NCBI GenBank assembly: GCA_000091205.1
Contig: AP006486.2
Length of the DNA: 64,000 bases
Direction: 5' to 3' (one strand)
From: Cyanidioschyzon merolae
Lineage: Eukaryota
Positions 59,642 through 64,000 of the stretch are shown here, one piece after another. The position numbers and the translations under genes are program-made. Position 1 is the first letter of the stretch. Each line of letters starts with the position of its first letter. Below the pieces are notes generated by a model. That model was given only the letters and a program-made list of their open reading frames with translations. It was not told the DNA's origin and ran no database searches.

Positions 59642-61183
59642 CTACGGGATCTCCTCGGGGAGCACCGGGGACGCTGCCCCGAACACCCTTTGGATGTAGT
59701 CATTATCGAATCCTTGAAAAATTTGCTCACGTTCTGCAGTTGCCTTTGAACTGCCAATGCCAGCCTCTGGCACTGCATGTTCTGAATTGTCCGAAAGCGT
59801 GGTGTCTGTAGCGCATGTATGCCGACCAAGCGACAAGTGATGGCGACGAGCGCCGTGCTCACGTAGTGCCGCTTCAATGAGGGCTGGATTGGAACGCTCT
59901 TCTTTCTTGAATTTGTTCTTGATTTGTTTTCGGTTTCGATTGGGAAAGAGCTGCTCAATCATAGAATAGTTTTGACCGAAAGCTCGTAGCGCACGATAGA
60001 AAAGCGCAGTCTCCTCAGGCGGCCAGCGCTCACAAGAGGCGCGATTCGTGAAGGACGCAATGGTCGCAGCACCGCGGCGAGGCGCTCCAGTATGCGTTTC
60101 AACAGAGATGTTCTCGTTCTCTGCTGGACGCTGCTCGCTCGTTATGGCAGTGCGCAGAAGTCTCTGCTGCTCAGCGCGTATCGCTCGACGGTGGCGCTGG
60201 ACACGGCGCTGCAGATCGCACTCGACCGACGCTGGACCCGAAGCCGCTGACGCCATCGAAGCGTTACCTCCCACCGCACCAGCATGATCTGAATGCTGTT
60301 CAGGGTGCACGCTTTCTTGTCCAGCATCAGCGTGCGCATCCGCCACATGCGAAGCGGTGACGACTAACGAGCGCTCATCCAGGACAAGGTTGCCGCGATT
60401 ATCTAAGCGGACCTGTGGTGCAAGAACGACGGTATCTGCACCAGGGATCCGTCGGTCGAGCCTGTCGGATTGTGTGTCCTCCACGATAGCAGGCGATTCA
60501 TAGAGTCGTTCAGGAACCAACACATCACGTGTGGCTGGTGCCCCTGATACACCGCCTTGCCTAGGCGATGGGCCCTCGGTCTCTGCGGGTATCTGCAACC
60601 CGATGTCTTTCGCAGACGCTTCCGCAACTGTTTCTTCAGAGCCAGGTGAGCAGTGTGCGGTACCCGTACGGTTGTCAGCCTGTCGTCGACGGCGGTCCAC
60701 AGTTGGAGTGCGGTTGACGGGGCGCTGGCGGCTTCGTACGAGTTCTCGGATCCCTAGAGAGAGAGGATCAACGCTCATGGCTCCCGTATAACTTTTCTCA
60801 GCGTCTACTGCGCTTGCATCACTTGGTCGCGAGTGGCCCAGGCTGCTTCCGCCCGTCATTCGCGTGCGTTCAACATCCTGCACGAACCGAGACAACGGCG
60901 GAGAGACTAGCAGCCGTGTCATACCGCCCTGTTCAGAGACAGCTTCAGCGTCCAAATAGTCGTCCGAGCCGACATCAACTTCGGGGACGCTGCGTTGACC
61001 CGGAACTACGTGACTTGCGACCTCCGAGTGAGGAGCTTCGTTGACTCCCACAGTGCCGCTGGACGGGTGCGTGTTCGGCGACCTTGGGGTCTGCCGCGGC
61101 ACACGCCGTTGGCGCTTTCGCGAAGCACCCTCTGGCGGTAGTGAGGCTACCAACTCGATATTTTCAGTTGGTGAAGTCGACAT
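59642..61183 (-). CDS. Bdp1-like protein (TFIIIB B'' subunit; SANT/Myb-like domain)
   Basis: RWPPEETALFYRALRAFGQNYSMIEQLFPNRNRKQIKNKFKKEERSNP matches the Bdp1 SANT signature (W..EET.LFY.AL..FG.....I..LFP.R.R.QIK.KFK.EER.NP) from memory. Stop codon is TAG. Confidence 0.6.
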   Translation of the reverse strand: MSTSPTENIELVASLPPEGASRKRQRRVPRQTPRSPNTHPSSGTVGVNEAPHSEVASHVVPGQRSVPEVDVGSDDYLDAEAVSEQGGMTRLLVSPPLSRFVQDVERTRMTGGSSLGHSRPSDASAVDAEKSYTGAMSVDPLSLGIRELVRSRQRPVNRTPTVDRRRRQADNRTGTAHCSPGSEETVAEASAKDIGLQIPAETEGPSPRQGGVSGAPATRDVLVPERLYESPAIVEDTQSDRLDRRIPGADTVVLAPQVRLDNRGNLVLDERSLVVTASHVADAHADAGQESVHPEQHSDHAGAVGGNASMASAASGPASVECDLQRRVQRHRRAIRAEQQRLLRTAITSEQRPAENENISVETHTGAPRRGAATIASFTNRASCERWPPEETALFYRALRAFGQNYSMIEQLFPNRNRKQIKNKFKKEERSNPALIEAALREHGARRHHLSLGRHTCATDTTLSDNSEHAVPEAGIGSSKATAEREQIFQGFDNDYIQRVFGAASPVLPEEIP

Positions 61184-61319
61184 GTCACCCTGCAGCTGAA
61201 AGCACAGGCGAAACGGCGCTTTCCTGAACCGCTACCAGCCACGTAGATACAGCACTTTGAGCATTGAAAAAGTAAGGCTGCGGGCGCCTGCCGCAGTGCC
61301 GGTGCGCTGGCTCTGTTAT

Positions 61320-61990
61320 CCCTTTTTTTCGATGACGAAACGTTTATATGGACCGTGGATCCCAGATTGCTGAATCCATACAGGCTTTCGGGAATGTTTC
61401 CATTATGCAGGGCAATACTCCCAAGTTCCGTCACGTATACTTCCTTTCGGATATACTGGTCGTGTTGTACATGCTATCGTTCACAGAGTACCCGCTGTGA
61501 GCGCTCGCCGTAGCGCCTTTACCGCTGGTGCGGATGAAGCGCGGAGACGGAACGGCGTTGGTATGCCCATAGACATGTAGGCTCGAGGCATGGTGCACCT
61601 GATACGGTGTCGGAGTACGTAGTAATTCTGGGAGCCTGCAAACTGCGTAGACAGACCTACTGCCTGCGGTACCGGGAGGCGATAAACTAGGAGTCCACCG
61701 CGACCGGGGTGATATCCAGATGCAGCTTAACTGCCCCTAGTCCTGGAATAAACTGCACTGCGGACGAGTTGCTCAGATCTCACTGAGGCACGAGGCACAG
61801 TGGGGAGCAAGAAGCGCAAGCGCGGCAAACTCGTCCGGCTCACGGGACCTTCCGCCTGGAAGGTAAACTAGCGATAATACGGAAACCTTTTCCCCTTTTA
61901 CCGTCTACGTTAGAGAGGGAAAGAAATCGCTATCTCGTTCCTAGTTCGTGGTTCGTCTCTGTTCTCTTTTCTATCCCACATCAATCTATG
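61320..61990 (+). repeat. about 680 bp dispersed repeat (family R), second copy
   Basis: Aligned by eye to 55190-55870, including tggatcccaga..., ggagtac.ta.ta.t.tctgggagcctg.aa.ctgcg.agacagac and ...ctcgtccggctcacgggaccttccgcctggaaggtaaa. Confidence 0.6.
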
Positions 61991-64000
61991 ATACCGAATC
62001 GCAGCTCGAGACGCTTCAGCGGTAGACATGTTCAATACACTTGGTGCGGTGTGCCTGCATGCTAGGGTGCGTTATTCGGATATGAACGTGTGTCTCTTGC
62101 ACCTCTGGCGGGTATTTTCACGAACGCTACCTGGGGAGGTTTCGAGCACCTGCACGCCACGATGCAGTGTTCCGATACCTGGGTTTACCTTTTGGCACCT
62201 CGTGGACGCATTTCCATGCACCCTTCACGGGCAGGTTTCGTGCAATTGCATGCTATGGCGTGGTGCTGGAATGCAAAAACGTGTCATTTGTGTCGTATGT
62301 CGGGGCTGTATACACGAGATCTGTTCATGACTGCAGATAAAGCGCGGTTTATGGCTCGCTATGCGATTACGTTCCCGTATCCGGAAGCGTTTGGCGAAAG
62401 CCCCGTTCGAACTTCGCTAACAGCGCAGGATGCCCATGACTTGTGTTTGCGGAGAACTCGTTCGTTCTGTCTGTCTCCGCAAGTCTCCCGGCAGATGCAT
62501 ACGAACATGGATTCTTGGCCGCTGCACCATATGGAATTTCCCGACGAATGCACCATCTGATGTAGAGCTCTTCTCGGATCGAGTTTCGCGAACGAGTCGC
62601 TCCACGACGTCCCAGACAGCTTTGTACGACTAGAAGAGTGTTGGAGCATCTTGCAGTCCAGAGAGATGTTCCCGTATCATGACCAAGCAACACGGCGCCC
62701 TCATGGAGCAAGTCGAAGTGCTCACCTCTAGCGCACGCTCTCCTGTGCGCCCCCTGGTACTTGCAACGCTCGTTCGCTCGAGTCCAGCGATGGATGCTGC
62801 TGTCTCACATGTACCTCACAAGCGAATCTCCGCTGCCTTGTCTGGGCGTCTCGAATGCGATGCTCGACGCTTTAGCGCCGAATCGTAGGTGCCAGTCGGG
62901 CACCGCCCGGTAATCCGCTCGGACTATGCGTTATGCGTCTCGTCAATCTAAACGAGGACCATTGCAATACGCTTGGAACTGCTGCACGGGTCAAGTGATG
63001 TGCCACGGTCAGCGCCGACCTGGGACTCGCTCCAAGCCACTTGTCCGTGTTGCATCGATCAGCGCTCATGCCGTGCACACGATGCTACCCCGAATTCCTA
63101 TTACACGCTTCATTTGGACGACCAGTGAGCATCCAAACAGCCGCTCACTTCAGGCTCTGGTGAATCCTCCGTACAAGGGGCGCTTGCACGACGATTTCTT
63201 TTCGCACTGGAAGAGCGGTCGGCCTCGTGACCCTGTTCGCTCGTTAGTCGACCAGTTGCTCAGGACCAGCACCCATCAGATGTCAACAAGACGTCACCTT
63301 CAGGGAATACCAAGCCCGTAGACCAACACATTCTGCAGGGAGTACCGAGCGCAGAGTATTTCTGATTAAAGCTTGCCTTACAAATGCCCAATGCATAGCT
63401 TCGTTGTATGAGGACACCAGCTTCTGCAAGGCGTGCTCCAGTCAGAAAGATTCTGCTTTGGGTACGCCATACACAAAAGCCCACTGCATAGCTTCATCCT
63501 ACAAGAAGGGCTGTCACGACGGCCTTGCGTCTGTTCTGGCAGCAGCGTCGGGTGCGCAACGTTGCGTCGTGGTGCGGTAGGGCCGCAAAGAACAGCAACG
63601 AAGGCTGTGCTTGGGGGGTTTTTTATCCCGGCAAAGAGCTCTTTTCGAGATTGGAATATGGCCTCTCCTCCAGTGACTGACTGGGCTGAGGATGAGGTGG
63701 AAGGGTTCGGAAGAAGCTATGAGGAAAGGCGAGGTCTATGGATGGGCGTTGGTGCGAAGTCACGTGGCGAGACCGTTGCTGGGCGTTCGGGCGTCGCTAC
63801 AGACGTTCATCTGGCACCGGAGCGCTCGTCCCAGTCTCATGGGGAGCACGCTTCTGTCCATGCCGCTGAAAGCACTGAGATCAAGCATAGCACTGTTCGT
63901 TCCACGCTTCCAGGATCTGCAAAAGTGGCAAGCGCACGTAAGGATCCCGGCAGCGCGCACCAGAGGGAGGGAAGAGCTGCGTCTTCCTGCCCACAGGAGG

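Noticed and set aside
1-64000. CRISPR arrays, rRNA or tRNA genes.
   Set aside because: No regularly spaced direct repeats with unique spacers and no convincing tRNA T-arm/anticodon-arm patterns were found by eye. A proper tRNAscan/Infernal run is needed to exclude small RNAs.
1-64000. Prokaryotic or kinetoplastid origin.
   Set aside because: Gene density is low. There are poly-Q/poly-A coding microsatellites, eukaryote-specific proteins (separase, Elongin C, Bdp1, GATA, Sec1) and frequent strand switching. These features argue against bacteria and against polycistronic kinetoplastid arrays.

Overview
The window is GC-rich (about 58-60%), with strands mixed and low gene density. It is most consistent with an intron-poor eukaryotic (protist-like) genome and is not prokaryotic. 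Long uninterrupted ORFs carry CAG/CTG-encoded poly-Gln/Ala tracts, and there are large intergenic stretches. Host genes and confidence: a giant separase (0.65); a Sec1/Munc18-family protein (0.6); a MoaD/MOCS2A-like sulfur carrier (0.6); a J-domain protein (0.55); a COQ10/SRPBCC-like protein (0.4); an atypical protein kinase-like gene (0.45); Elongin C (0.7); 5'-methylthioadenosine phosphorylase, MTAP (0.8); an adjacent MtaD-type MTA/SAH deaminase-like amidohydrolase (0.7); a GATA zinc-finger protein (0.55); a Bdp1 (TFIIIB B'')-like SANT protein (0.6); plus several hypothetical ORFs (0.2-0.35). The most notable content is a roughly 3.7 kb repeat family present in three copies (about 25.3-29.0 kb, 48.8-51.3 kb and 51.3-55.2 kb, the last two head-to-head). 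Each copy carries a degenerate TnpB/Fanzor-like RuvC nuclease ORF with recognisable RuvC-I ([14 protein letters not shown]), zinc-finger (CKEC...) and RuvC-III (NRDINAAINIRR) motifs. All copies share two in-frame TAG interruptions and also carry private lesions. Two further dispersed repeat families were found by eye: a roughly 680 bp family at 55.2 and 61.3 kb related to the element's 5' region, and a roughly 800 bp family at 15.3, 19.3 and 33.3 kb. There are also small tandem duplications and coding microsatellites. No CRISPR arrays, rRNA or confident tRNA genes were seen by eye. Gene models assume no introns and may be incomplete.
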